From Tetramitus jugosus (lineage: Eukaryota; Protista; Heterolobosea): a DNA stretch of 64,000 nucleotides. The position numbers and the translations under genes are program-made. Positions 1 through 11,388 of this stretch are shown here, piece by piece. The notes beneath the pieces are model-generated. The model did no database searches. It worked only from the letters and a program-made list of their open reading frames with translations, and had not been told where the DNA came from. The stretch covers positions 558,001 to 622,000 of the forward strand of contig OW569344.1 in NCBI GenBank assembly GCA_937625935.1, given 5' to 3'. Each line of letters begins with the position of its first letter. The stretch's first letter is position 1.

Positions 1-1739
1 TGGCAAAGGAAATGAAGTCTGCCAACACCAGAATTAAGAAGGCAGAGCAAGAGAAGGAAATGATGGCAAAGGACCATGAGAAGATGAAGAAAAAGTTTAC
101 TCAGATGGAGGGAAAACTTCGTCAATCGACGGTGAGTTCTTCTGATCGATCTCGTGAGACAATGGAGCTCCAGAGAGAGAACAAGGAACTAAAGAAGAAG
201 CAAGCAAAGATTGACAAGGTGCAGGATGTGATGCGGGAGCGCAATGAGCAGATCAAGCTTCTAGAACAACAGGTTGATCAACTTGAGAAGGAAAGGGATG
301 AGTTTGTGCTAAAGTTTGATTGCATTCAGGGAGAAATGATGCAGGAAAAGATTCTATGTCAACATTTGGACACCAATTTACAGAGTGCAGGCCAACAACT
401 TACAAATCTACAAAAGCAGAATGAGCTGTTACAATCTCAACTAAACAACACTATTTCCCAGTTGTCACAAGCTCAAGAGAGGCTTTCCTCTACAGACACA
501 GAAAAGAACACAATCAATGAGAAGACAAAGCAATTGGAAGGTAGTGTGCAGGAGCAGCTTCAGTTGTATAAGGCGCTTGCCGAAAAATACAACACCCAGA
601 AGCAAGACAGTGCAACATTGATAGAAAAACTGAAGCAACTGGATAAGATGTTGCGAGAGAAGCACGCAGAGAATGCTTCCTTGACCGAGATATGCAGCAA
701 TCAAGAGCAGCTTATTGTCTCACTGAAGAAACAATCAGAGGAGAAGCATCAGGAGCTTGAAAGAATGCAAGACAATGTAAATCAGTTGAAGAATACATTA
801 CAAACAACCGAAAGCAATCTCACCCAAAAACTAACGAGTACGGAATCAACGCTACAACAGAGATTGCAAACAGCAGAACATAGCTTAGTTCAATCTGAGA
901 AGACAGTAGCTATGCTCAATATGCAGATTCAAGAATATGTGGATAATAACTTGAGTTTGAAGTCAGCCTTAGATCAAGTAACGAGACAAAGTTCAAGCAG
1001 TCAAAGTAGCATTCAACAATATCAACAACAAGTCTCTCATTTGGAGAGCATTCGTAAGCATCTAGATGCTGAAATTGTTAGATTGAGAGATGAGCTTCAA
1101 CGTGTGAATGGATCCAGCGTCATGACGAATAATCAAATTCAAAGATTGGAACAACAACTTCGTTTGTCTCAGTCTGATCTAAATGCTTCAAAATCTAAAT
1201 TAGAGAAACAGAATCTGAAACTGCAATCATCAACAGATGCCATTTACAATCTGACTCAAGAGAGGGATGACATGCAGAGCTTAATCGAGGAGATGAGATC
1301 CCAGTTAGGTATGATGGATCAAGTCAATCAATTTAATCACAAGCTAAGGCAAGAAAATGAAGAGTTGACTCGCATGTTGACTCTCAATAAACCAGTCAGC
1401 AACGAAGGTATGGTACCAGAGGCATCAGTGGCCGCCATCATCAAGGATTACGATGAAAAGTTGGACGAGAAGAACAGGACGATCAAATCAATAGAGTCAA
1501 GAGTTCACACTTTATTGAACGAGAAGAAGGAGTTGGAGTCGGATTTAACGGACATGGATGCAAGGTTGCTGGAACTGGAAGGTGAGCGGAATGACCTGAT
1601 CGTTGCCTCATCGAATACCTTCGAGCATCAACGACAGATTCAACAATTAAGATCTGAGCTTGCTCAGTACAAATCCCAGAACAAGGCTATCATTCCAAAC
1701 ACCCGGAGGCCATTCAGAAATGTATCAAACCTGAAGTAG
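1..1739 (+). CDS. Long coiled-coil protein (5'-partial; frame open to window edge)
   Basis: 575-aa ORF of continuous Q/E/K/L heptads; in-frame codons GCA AAG GAA precede the first ATG without a stop. Confidence 0.8.
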   Translation, partial: AKEMKSANTRIKKAEQEKEMMAKDHEKMKKKFTQMEGKLRQSTVSSSDRSRETMELQRENKELKKKQAKIDKVQDVMRERNEQIKLLEQQVDQLEKERDEFVLKFDCIQGEMMQEKILCQHLDTNLQSAGQQLTNLQKQNELLQSQLNNTISQLSQAQERLSSTDTEKNTINEKTKQLEGSVQEQLQLYKALAEKYNTQKQDSATLIEKLKQLDKMLREKHAENASLTEICSNQEQLIVSLKKQSEEKHQELERMQDNVNQLKNTLQTTESNLTQKLTSTESTLQQRLQTAEHSLVQSEKTVAMLNMQIQEYVDNNLSLKSALDQVTRQSSSSQSSIQQYQQQVSHLESIRKHLDAEIVRLRDELQRVNGSSVMTNNQIQRLEQQLRLSQSDLNASKSKLEKQNLKLQSSTDAIYNLTQERDDMQSLIEEMRSQLGMMDQVNQFNHKLRQENEELTRMLTLNKPVSNEGMVPEASVAAIIKDYDEKLDEKNRTIKSIESRVHTLLNEKKELESDLTDMDARLLELEGERNDLIVASSNTFEHQRQIQQLRSELAQYKSQNKAIIPNTRRPFRNVSNLK

Positions 1740-1794
1740 ATCATGATTGGTTAAGGAAACCAATCATCCTCTATATCCTAGAGATAAATTTTAT

Positions 1795-3900
1795 TCATTT
1801 CCAATTCTTTCCATAAATTAGAGGTATAAGTACATATGACATGGATGTTGTAAGCGCGATTGCAAAAAAGTTGAGCCATATTCCTGCTTTCATCATCCTA
1901 TTGATTGTAATTGCAGACGTTGCCTTGAATGCAATCATGTTAGGCGCAGTGCCAATTGGTAACATGAACGCATATGAACTGCTGATGGTGGCTGGAATAA
2001 GAATCAGCAAGGGATGATATGTCCCTGAACTCTGTGCTACGGCAGCCAATATTGGTAAAAAGACAATGATTGTCGCAATGTTGGTGATAACTTCTGTACA
2101 GAAAGTCACAACAGTACAGCTCACCAGGATCAAGAAAATAGGATGCCAATGCTTGATTAATTCCAAGTTTTTGGCAATCACAGTAGTAAGCCCAGTACTC
2201 GAGAATGCTGCACTAATGCTAAAACCAGCACCAAACAAGAGGATAATGTCCCATGGAAACTTTGTCATAACGGACCAATCCATGATCGAAACAAACTCTC
2301 CTGAATTCAGTGACTCATTTTGATTTCTAGCAGGAATAATAAAGAGCAAGAATCCCAATCCGACAGCAACCAATCCATCATTCATATAATCCTTTTTGAA
2401 TATTGGAATCTTTTGCCATGCAAATCGTGTTGACCACAGAACGACCAAGATGAGAAATAGGACGGCAACAACCCATTCCTCATATGACATTCTACCCAAT
2501 TTGCTGTACTGTTCTTGGAATGACTCGATACTCTCTGACTCTTCATCATCACTTTCCTCGTGATCTGCTGTTGATTCATCCTGTTCGGTCAGGAAGGGCA
2601 CAGATGGTCTAGGTGATTCTCCATTTCCAAAAACACTCACCGTAAAACTCGTATCAACATTCGATCGATCATCATGGGCCGATGGTGTCTCACTCATGGA
2701 ATCTGTTCGGATGCGCTGAGTCACCTTATTATTGTCTGTTTCTGTCGTAGCAGAGGATGAATCTTGGTTCTGTGGTGCCTCTTGACTCATTTCACTCGCT
2801 TTTAGCTCTCTAATTGTCCTTCGCACATAGAACCAATACAGATACGCGTACAGGAATAGGAAAAAGATGAAGCTAATGGGTCCGGCCAGTGCAATCCATT
2901 GCAAAAAGTTTGGTACTTGCTGACCAGGGAACAAAATCTCATATTGCTGAGCAAACAGTAGATTGGGCGGCGTTCCAATCGGTGTCGCAATACCACCAAT
3001 ATTGCACGCAAATGCAATACCCATGAACAACCCTAGTTCTAGGCCAACAAACACTGCATCTTGCTTCTCCTTGGATGCACCATACTGAGTCGCATACTGA
3101 TGCTTCAATCGATAAATAATCGCAGCACAATTCGGCATCAAAATCAAACAAGATGCCGTATTGGACAACCACATGCTCATGACATAGGCAATCGACATAC
3201 TACCAACCAAAACAACAGACAGGCGCGAACCGACTCGCGACAACACAAACAGTGCAATTCTCTCATGCAATCGCCACCTCTCAATCGACAATGCAAAAAT
3301 AAATCCACCAATGAAAATCATGCTCACTTGATTGACGTATTCTTTGCTCACGGCAGCACCGCTCATGACACCCAACAGCGGAAAGGCAAACACGGGAATG
3401 AGACTCGTAGCAGCCAACGGAATCGACTGAAACACCCACAATGAGATCATGAGCAATGTAATTGCAATGACCTGTGTCTGTTCATACGAAAGACCAGTCA
3501 TTCGCCTCAGAGGCAACACCAATGAACTCAAACTACACGATAGGAACAACACGAGTGAGATGAGAGTGGTAGACAGACGAAAAACAAGTGGACTCATGAA
3601 CCATTGAATCAAGTTTTTGAGTCGAAAGAGAAGACGTTTCATTTTTGAGGTGGATGATTGTGATGTTGATAGTGATGATGGAGATGAAGTAGGTGATCGA
3701 GGAGTATGTTCTAGAAAGTGAGTGGAGAAGGGTTGTGGATTCAGGTGAAGAATTCTTCTATTATGGTTATTATGGTTATTGTGATTATTATTGTTATTAT
3801 TTAGCTCTAGGTTACTGTTGCTACGACGTTGATGATGAAAGTTGTTGTCATCTTGGTGAATCATGCTCAACTTTTCAGAATCACTCTGGTGGAAGCTCAT
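1795..3900 (-). CDS. SLC13/DASS family Na+:dicarboxylate/sulfate symporter
   Basis: Many TM helices; motifs SMWLSNTAS, NIGGIATPIGTPPN, TEVITNIAT and AFMLPIGTAPN are typical of DASS hairpins. Confidence 0.93.
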   Translation of the reverse strand: MSFHQSDSEKLSMIHQDDNNFHHQRRSNSNLELNNNNNNHNNHNNHNRRILHLNPQPFSTHFLEHTPRSPTSSPSSLSTSQSSTSKMKRLLFRLKNLIQWFMSPLVFRLSTTLISLVLFLSCSLSSLVLPLRRMTGLSYEQTQVIAITLLMISLWVFQSIPLAATSLIPVFAFPLLGVMSGAAVSKEYVNQVSMIFIGGFIFALSIERWRLHERIALFVLSRVGSRLSVVLVGSMSIAYVMSMWLSNTASCLILMPNCAAIIYRLKHQYATQYGASKEKQDAVFVGLELGLFMGIAFACNIGGIATPIGTPPNLLFAQQYEILFPGQQVPNFLQWIALAGPISFIFFLFLYAYLYWFYVRRTIRELKASEMSQEAPQNQDSSSATTETDNNKVTQRIRTDSMSETPSAHDDRSNVDTSFTVSVFGNGESPRPSVPFLTEQDESTADHEESDDEESESIESFQEQYSKLGRMSYEEWVVAVLFLILVVLWSTRFAWQKIPIFKKDYMNDGLVAVGLGFLLFIIPARNQNESLNSGEFVSIMDWSVMTKFPWDIILLFGAGFSISAAFSSTGLTTVIAKNLELIKHWHPIFLILVSCTVVTFCTEVITNIATIIVFLPILAAVAQSSGTYHPLLILIPATISSSYAFMLPIGTAPNMIAFKATSAITINRMMKAGIWLNFFAIALTTSMSYVLIPLIYGKNWK

Positions 3901-4123
3901 GTTGTCGTCGCGTTCGATATACTGATATATGTTGTTGTTTATTTTTTGTGTTATGTGGGGGGATGTTTTAGATTAGAAAAAGTTCTGAACAAGGGAGATG
4001 GAGAAATTGTGCAATGACTTGATTGGGTATCGGATTAGTTTTCCCTTGAACGGGTTGAGTTTCGGAAAGCGATAAAACAGTTCATCTACTGTGGAGAGTT
4101 GGATGGATGGTTGTAGATGCAAT

Positions 4124-6421
4124 TTAGGAGGCTCGTCTCTTTGTTGAAGCCTTCTTCTTCTTCTTAGTTAGTCTCTTCTTTTTGGTGGTTGTCTTTGGCT
4201 TCTTCTTCTCCTTGGTGTCTTCGCTGCTGTTGTTGTCACCTTCACTATTTTGTGAATCTGACTGCGTGAGAGATGTTGATGTGGCAGTCTTGATGATCAA
4301 GGCCTTTTTCTTGAGCATCTCTTTCTCTAATCCATCGAGTAGTTTCAAGTAGAATGGCTTTTGCTTTGCTAGGTCTTCATTGTTCCGGTAATGCTTGGCA
4401 TTCATGTGAGCCTTCACTTGATACTTTGAGAATTTACGTTGACATATTGGACAAGCAATCGATTGATCGATATCCAATACCTCTGGCGTGAATTGGACGG
4501 TCTTAGAGCTGCCTAATGAAGCTTTAACTTTCTTCGTCTGCTTCTTTGGCTTAACTTCTGGTGTTCGCAAGATGCTCTTTGTTGAATTGTCTTCTTTGAC
4601 GATCACTCGTGGAGGTTCATCCGTATAATCTGGGATATTTTCCTCGGCTGACTCCTCGTCGCTGTCTTCATCACTCTCTTCTTTCTCTACTTGCTTCGTC
4701 TCTTGAATTTTTTGAATTCTTGAGGATCTTCTTGGTTGTGGGGCGGTTTTCTGAGATGGTTTCTTGTTTTCGGGCACAAACTCTTCATCGCTAGATGAAT
4801 CATGTTCATCATCAGCATCATTATTTGATGCAACAGTCTTCTTCTTTGCACGAAGTTTGCGCTCTGGTTTCTTCGGAGCAGCATCATCTTTTTCCTTCTT
4901 TGCAGCTGTTTCTGTTGCTGCCTTCTTGCTTGCTTTCGTTGTCTTCTTCTTACCACCATTGCTACTACTATCATCATCCTCCTCAACAGCCTTTTCGGTT
5001 TGTTCTTTCTCTGTCTTTGGTTCTAGCACTGTTGTTTTTCTCTTCTTCCTCGCAGGTTTCTCCTCGTCAACCTTGTCATTCGATTGATCATCCTCTTTTT
5101 CAGCCTCTTCACCCTTCTTTCGTTTCAATTTCTTTGCTTCAGTTTCGGTCTTCTTTGGCGAAGAAGATGAATCAATCTTCGTTGATTTCTGCGTTTCAGA
5201 TTGTGTCGTTGTTTCTGCTGATTCTGTCGTCGTCATTGACGATTCTGTTTTTATCGTTTCTGTTGTTGAGTCTTTGATTGAAGATTTCGTTGTTGTCGAT
5301 TGACGCTTTTTGATGGAGAGTGTTGGCTTAGTGGTTGATTTTTTGCTGTCCTTACTGGCGGTCGTTGCTGAAGTCTCTGTTGACTCTGTTGTCGTAACAG
5401 GAGTCGTACTATCGTCGCTCGCCTTCTTTTGCTTCTTTTGCTTGCTCGTTTCTACGTCATTCTTCTTCTTCTTAGCATCATTATCCTCATCCTCGTTATC
5501 ACTACTAGTAGTTTTATCGGTTCGCTTCCGTTTGTTATTGGCCTTTGGTGATGATGACGATTCGTTCTCTTTCTTCGTAGCTACGATGACTGTTGTTGAT
5601 TCTTTTGTTGGTGAAGGTGAAGATGACCCCTTCTTCTTTTTCGTCTTTGGTGATGCATCATTGGTTTTGGCAGGTGACCGTGGATCCACAATGGATTTGT
5701 TTGGTGAATGTTCCTTGGACGACGGAGATGACTGCACAGATTTCAATGGAGATGAAGGAGTAACTGTCGTAGAATTATGAGGTGGAGAGAGTGGTGGTGA
5801 CATCGCCATGTTGTTCTTCTGAATCTGTTCTTCCAAATCGTGCAAAACACTTGTCTGATGCGATAATTTGACTTCCACTGATTCGTACACTGAGTCCAAC
5901 TCTTCCTTGAATTGTTTTTCATTCATCAATAAACTAGCAAGAAGCTTTTTCGATTTGTTTGTCTTGTTATTGTTTTCAGTGCGATTCGTCTTGTTTTTAT
6001 CGTCATTATTGTCATCATCATTATTGACCGTCATCAAGTGTGCATTTTCATTCAACACTGTTCTGAGTTCATTCAAGAATTCGTGACTCGATTTGTACTG
6101 GAACATTGACAATGATTTTTGAATGGGTGAAAAATTGAGTTTGTGTGCAACAAAGAAGGGTCGAGCCATTTGACAAAAGGCAGATTCTAGAATGGATGTG
6201 AGCCTTGTGTGTGGACTCGATCTTCTACCTCTTCTCGTTATGGTAGTTGTGAGTGCATTTTCGTCATCTGACACGGAAGATGAGGATGAAGAAGGTGTGA
6301 CTTGTTTTTTTCTTCTGCGACGTGTTGTAGTTGCTGTGCTGTTGTCATTTGAAGAAGGAGGCGGAGATGTGGTATTTGCTATTTCAGTTGTGGTGGTGGA
6401 CCTTCTTCTTCGCGTTGTCAT
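4124..6421 (-). CDS. Low-complexity basic nuclear protein with C2H2 zinc finger and candidate PP1-docking motifs
   Basis: CPICQRKFSKYQVKAHMNAKH finger; Lys/Ser/Thr-rich with NLS-like clusters; start placed at MTTRRRR (6421) because upstream codons resemble leader sequence. Confidence 0.7.
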   Translation of the reverse strand: MTTRRRRSTTTTEIANTTSPPPSSNDNSTATTTRRRRKKQVTPSSSSSSVSDDENALTTTITRRGRRSSPHTRLTSILESAFCQMARPFFVAHKLNFSPIQKSLSMFQYKSSHEFLNELRTVLNENAHLMTVNNDDDNNDDKNKTNRTENNNKTNKSKKLLASLLMNEKQFKEELDSVYESVEVKLSHQTSVLHDLEEQIQKNNMAMSPPLSPPHNSTTVTPSSPLKSVQSSPSSKEHSPNKSIVDPRSPAKTNDASPKTKKKKGSSSPSPTKESTTVIVATKKENESSSSPKANNKRKRTDKTTSSDNEDEDNDAKKKKNDVETSKQKKQKKASDDSTTPVTTTESTETSATTASKDSKKSTTKPTLSIKKRQSTTTKSSIKDSTTETIKTESSMTTTESAETTTQSETQKSTKIDSSSSPKKTETEAKKLKRKKGEEAEKEDDQSNDKVDEEKPARKKRKTTVLEPKTEKEQTEKAVEEDDDSSSNGGKKKTTKASKKAATETAAKKEKDDAAPKKPERKLRAKKKTVASNNDADDEHDSSSDEEFVPENKKPSQKTAPQPRRSSRIQKIQETKQVEKEESDEDSDEESAEENIPDYTDEPPRVIVKEDNSTKSILRTPEVKPKKQTKKVKASLGSSKTVQFTPEVLDIDQSIACPICQRKFSKYQVKAHMNAKHYRNNEDLAKQKPFYLKLLDGLEKEMLKKKALIIKTATSTSLTQSDSQNSEGDNNSSEDTKEKKKPKTTTKKKRLTKKKKKASTKRRAS

Positions 6422-6556
6422 GTGGTAAATGTTTATTTTGTATTGTTTGTTGGTCCTTGCTTCAAATCTTTGGGTTTCCGCGCAAAAAACCGTTTTGTTC
6501 CAGATTTTTCTTGCATTTTTGTGACATGAGACAACATCTGCTGCCATGGCGCACTT

Positions 6557-7144
6557 TCACACGTTGAAGATACTGTAGTCGTTCACCTTCAACGAAGAGA
6601 ATACTCTCTTGAATGTTGCCAAGGAACGTTCAGTGTCCATCCCAACAGCAATACTGTTTGCACTACTAGACGACTGTTCATGAAGCACTACAGGATCATT
6701 GAACGTCACCAGTAAGTCTGTGTGAACATTGCGCAATCGAACAACACCCAAATAAAAGTTGACAATGTTTGCAACTTCATTTGAATCGCGATGTTTTGCT
6801 ACTCTCTGTTGACCTACGAGTCCTTGCTTGAATAGACCGGGAAAGTGTTCATTTAGAGCTTCATTGTCGTCCACATTGATGACAGAGAGGATCGATGCAT
6901 GTGATTTGGGCACTCCATTCACTTCACAAAGATCCTCAAACAAATGTTGAGCAATATTGGCGTCCTGTACTTCACTCTGAAACTCCAATAGCTCAATAAT
7001 AAACGATTGGTCCGTGTTGGCACTGTCGGCGAAAATTTCTTGATTGTCCGGCACTTCTCTAAAGTCTGAAATGTCAATGAATCGCTTGGGTAGTGAGATC
7101 TCTAATGCTCCTCCAAACAATGGTTTCGTTTCAAATTCTTCCAT
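6557..7144 (-). CDS. MOG1: Ran guanine nucleotide release factor Mog1
   Basis: PLFGGA...LPKRFIDISDFREVPDNQEIF, SFIIELLE, VRLRNVHTDLLVTFNDP and terminal DYSIF match the Mog1/RANGRF pattern. Confidence 0.92.
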   Translation of the reverse strand: MEEFETKPLFGGALEISLPKRFIDISDFREVPDNQEIFADSANTDQSFIIELLEFQSEVQDANIAQHLFEDLCEVNGVPKSHASILSVINVDDNEALNEHFPGLFKQGLVGQQRVAKHRDSNEVANIVNFYLGVVRLRNVHTDLLVTFNDPVVLHEQSSSSANSIAVGMDTERSLATFKRVFSSLKVNDYSIFNV

Positions 7145-7294
7145 TTTGTCTATGATACGTCGTGTGTTCAATGAATTGTTTGTTTTCGTTCAAATTCGTG
7201 TGTTTTCATCAAAGCTTTTCGAGAGACGCCGATCTTTCAAAAAACAGCAACAATCATTGAAGGTGAATCAATTCAAAAATCAAATTGATTGAAC

Positions 7295-9350
7295 ATGTTC
7301 TCCTCACTATTCACATCAGAGAGTGATCAAACAGTGTCCCAGGTGCAAAAAGCTCTTGAGCCTCTACAGCACAGAAAAATGTCCTATTTCAATTGGTCTG
7401 CTGTGTTGTTCTTGGACGGATTTATGGATGTGGAAAAGTGTGTTCCAAGAGAGCACTTTTTCTATATTTTGAAGCACAATGAGTTGGAAACGTTGGTTGG
7501 TCAACTGTTGTCTCTCATGTTTGTTGCTGCTGATCGTTGCATTGAAGTGGATTCTCCAAAGGCACAATTGTCTGTTCGGAATGGATTATCGTTGGTTGTA
7601 TGTTGTTGTTGTTGAGTGATCCTTAAGTTTGGTTGTTTTTAATCGTCGTGGTTATTGATTGTAATTTTTGGTGTTGTATGTGCAAATATGATATGGATAT
7701 TTAGGATCACATGTTTGTGTTGTACAATGAGTGGATTACAATACATCATCAAGTTCCCCAGGCGCCTCTTTCTCAGAGCTTTTTGAAGCAGTTGATACGA
7801 ATGCTATTGACAACTGCAGATGAAAAGGTGTTTAATGTGCATGTGTTGATGGCGTCGAATCAGTGCTTTGCACACATTTTGAACATTCCAATCTTTGCGC
7901 CACAAATTTTGTCCTATATTTTTGATGTGAATAGTACGTTGTATTTTTGAGTGTGCATGTGTGTTGTGTTCTCTATGTTATGTCAAAGATGCGAATCCTC
8001 ATCACATGTTCTTCTATTAGATGTAAATACTGTAAGGGCAGTGTTCCTGAATTGTTTGCCGAGATTACTCTTGTATGAGGGCTCTGAACTGTTCTGGCCA
8101 CTGTTGCCTGATGCCTATTCAATCATGTGGTCTCTTTGCTCCTTTAATAATCATGTAAATGAAGTTCAGAGAATGTTGGCACAAAGAGACGATGTGCCAA
8201 AGTTGAGAAATCTGGTATGATATATTATCATGCAATGTCAATCAATTGATCAGGAATTTGAACTAACTGTTACATGATGTGATGTATTTGTTCGCAGATG
8301 GACTTGTTGATAACGCATGCAGCACGAGTGTCTACACAATCAGAACATGATGTACAATATGCGAGCCTGCGTTTCCTTGTGAATATGTGCTTATATAATC
8401 CTCATTTTCGATCACTATTCGCTTCGAGTGACAAGTTTTCATATATTTGGGTATTTTTGCTCGGTTTAATATGTCAGAATTTGAATAGAAAGGTGGATGA
8501 GGGTGTAGAAGATGTTGAGAGTATCATATCGACCACGTCACTAGTTGTGAAGCTGTTGTATATAATGTGTAATAATGACGAATTTTTGACCAGAATTATT
8601 AATGTAACGATTGAGAAACAACAGTTGGATTTCTTTGAAAGAACGTTTTCGGTTACGGATAAAGAAGAAGCAGTGAATACTGGACGGTTGTATTCTCTGA
8701 GCTCTTGGTTGAATGTGGTATTGTTCAATTGTGTGCGACGGAGAGTGAAGAAGAATGACGAGGAAGAACAACAACGAACAACACTTGCTTTTGTCGATTG
8801 GGATGTCGCTTCAGGTTGCTTGAGGATTCTATATATTTTATCGACGAAACATCCTGAGAAACTATTGTCTGATTGCGCCAAGGTTCAACAGTTTTTTGAA
8901 AACTTGATCTACTCAGTATGTGATGTATTTCAGAACACTATTTTTCTGTTTTACCACACATTGAACGCTGTGACTTACACTTTTCCTTCATAGTTATTAT
9001 CTGTGATAGCCACGATGGTTGTGCTCGCTGAACAAAGTGACGGCATGTTAGCGAATCGGTTCTTTGAAAATAGTTCCATCATTATGCATTTGTTTTCGTT
9101 CTTCATGACCGTTCCAGATTTGACAGACAATCAAATGGAACGATTTCATAAGATGTTGATGCGACATAAGCGTGTACTGCGGCATGCCAAGAAACTAGGA
9201 CAACGATTGCAGGGCAACAACCCAAATGAACGAAGTCAGACAGTCATTGGCAATTTCGATCATATTATAAATTATTTGGATCAGTTCAGCAGTACCACAA
9301 TTGAATCTAGCCTGAAGGAGTCAACAAACAAGAAGGATAACAGCAAGTAA
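7295..9350 (+). CDS. Five-exon helical-repeat protein, tentatively HID1/dymeclin-like. Exons 7295-7597, 7705-7933, 8021-8214, 8298-8915, 8994-9350
   Basis: Five adjacent ORFs joined in frame by introns 7598-7704 (GTATGT..TAG, phase 0), 7934-8020 (GTACGT..TAG, phase 1), 8215-8297 (GTATGA..CAG, ACTAAC branch, phase 0) and 8916-8993 (GTATGT..TAG, phase 0); family call rests on weak N-terminal resemblance only. Confidence 0.75.
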
Positions 9351-9440
9351 TCGAAATGATATTCCATTGTATTGCAAAAGTCCGTGCATTTTCGCGCCCA
9401 ATAAAAACCAGATCAAACAATCCTACCAACAAAACAAAAA

Positions 9441-9749
9441 ATGTCTTCTTCCAGCAAGAACAAAAGCAACAAGAGCATTCCATATGGTTCCATAGGCACA
9501 CTGGTACTCGAATGTTTGGTCAAGGCAACAGTGACTGTGCTCACGGGTTTTGCCATTCGAAAGTTCGCATACATGTGGTTCTATGATCCTCAACAACAAC
9601 AACAATATCTCAAAACATCGGAAGAAGCTGCAGATCTTGAAGGACAACATGCACAGAGCCATCATACCACCAATATCAAATTTGTTGACTCGTTATCTGA
9701 GACATGCTACAACATTTCATCACGAGTCATTCGTTGGCTGAGGAAATAA
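9441..9749 (+). CDS. Small hypothetical protein with one hydrophobic segment
   Basis: 102-aa ORF filling the gap; AAAAATG context after an A/C-rich leader; upstream TTTTCGCGCCCAA motif. Confidence 0.6.
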   Translation: MSSSSKNKSNKSIPYGSIGTLVLECLVKATVTVLTGFAIRKFAYMWFYDPQQQQQYLKTSEEAADLEGQHAQSHHTTNIKFVDSLSETCYNISSRVIRWLRK

Positions 9750-9850
9750 GCCAAATAGAACTCTCTTGTGGCTCAAATCAAATAAAAAAAACGCGGGAAA
9801 AATATTCTCTTCCCAGAACAAACCAAAATCAAAACCAAATCAACAACAAA

Positions 9851-11185
9851 ATGGATCAAAACACCAACAACAGTCTAACAGATCATAGACCTGCACTGCA
9901 GCACAATTACACAAACTCTCAACCATTCCATATCACTATTGATGATGAAAGTCTGAGGAGCAATCAAACAACAACACTATCACAACAACGAGCAAAAGAA
10001 CGAAAGCAATTGAAGAACAAGGGCTTTGAAATGATCAAATCAAAGAAATGGGCTTCATGGATACTTGTTGTCATTACGATGGTACTCATACTGCACACCT
10101 ATCTCACATTTGTGTTCTGTGTGTGCCTACCACTGTATCAACAACAGTATTTCATCACAGTTTTCATTTATTTTGTGATTAGTTCGACTTTTGTCACATT
10201 GTTGCTCTATTGTTATTTGAAAACAGTGTTTACGCATCCGGGATTAGTGCCCAGTGAGTATCATTTGAATGCAAAACAGAAAAAGATGATTGCGAAACGA
10301 GGTTGGAATCGATTTAGTGAGTCCATGGAGCAGAGTTTGGAAGATTTGTTGCAAAGACAATCAGTGATGCCCACTACAACTACTAATACTGCCAAGACTT
10401 CTGTTATTGTCCCAAAGACGAAACCATTGAGGAAACAACAGAGTGATGAAGATGATGATAGTGATGCTGATGATAGTGAATATGATAGTGATGCGACACA
10501 TGAAGAAGATGTTGGAGATGAGGAAGGAGAAGAGGATTGGGACAATGTGGAAGAAAATAAGAGACTCATTGTTGAGAAATCAAAGGTTGGTCATTTGAGA
10601 GGCTGCTCCGTTTGTCATTCTAGGAAACCAGACCGTTCACATCACTGCCGATCGTGTCGAACATGTGTCTTAAAGATGGACCATCATTGTCCATGGGTCA
10701 ACAATTGTGTCGGATTTTACAACTACAAGTACTTTGTGTTGTTCACCTTTTATACGATGTTGGCCTGTTTCTCGATTGTGTTTCCAATGATGCGGTCATT
10801 TGTTGAGATATTTGATCAAGTATCAGGAGAGGACAATCCATTTAATTTTGGATTTGCAGAGTTGAACATTTTGTGGGCCTGCTTCATTGCATTTGCCTTT
10901 GGTGCTTCGATGGCACTGTTTCTCGCGTATCATTTTAGGTTGATATTGATGAATATGACTACTTTGGAATCGTTGGAGAAACAGGGCAAGTTCATGGCTC
11001 AATATCACAGAAATCCCTATGACCTGGGAGTTTGGAAGAATTTGCAGGCTGCATTGGGTGAGAAGTGGTATCTTTGGCTCGTTCCTACCTATCATTCTGT
11101 GCCTGGTCATGGTGCTTCTTTTCCAATCTATCGGTATGAAACCGCCAGTGAACTATCCAACACTGATGTTGTCATCCAAATGTAA
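9851..11185 (+). CDS. DHHC palmitoyltransferase
   Basis: [37 protein letters not shown], 4 TM, NMTTLE and NPYDLG motifs. Confidence 0.97.
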   Translation: MDQNTNNSLTDHRPALQHNYTNSQPFHITIDDESLRSNQTTTLSQQRAKERKQLKNKGFEMIKSKKWASWILVVITMVLILHTYLTFVFCVCLPLYQQQYFITVFIYFVISSTFVTLLLYCYLKTVFTHPGLVPSEYHLNAKQKKMIAKRGWNRFSESMEQSLEDLLQRQSVMPTTTTNTAKTSVIVPKTKPLRKQQSDEDDDSDADDSEYDSDATHEEDVGDEEGEEDWDNVEENKRLIVEKSKVGHLRGCSVCHSRKPDRSHHCRSCRTCVLKMDHHCPWVNNCVGFYNYKYFVLFTFYTMLACFSIVFPMMRSFVEIFDQVSGEDNPFNFGFAELNILWACFIAFAFGASMALFLAYHFRLILMNMTTLESLEKQGKFMAQYHRNPYDLGVWKNLQAALGEKWYLWLVPTYHSVPGHGASFPIYRYETASELSNTDVVIQM

Positions 11186-11388
11186 ACCAACCTCGTTGCC
11201 CACTGTGAATATCTGAATGTCAGCCTGTATTCTGAACCGTGTCGGAAAACAAGGGCATGCGAACTGGAACCAATAATTTTCGCGCCCAAAAAAACACGAA
11301 TCGAAAACTAACAACAAACAAGTCAAATTAAAATCAACAAACAAACAAAAAGCACCATCGTACTTTTCACCAACCACCAAAAGAAGGA

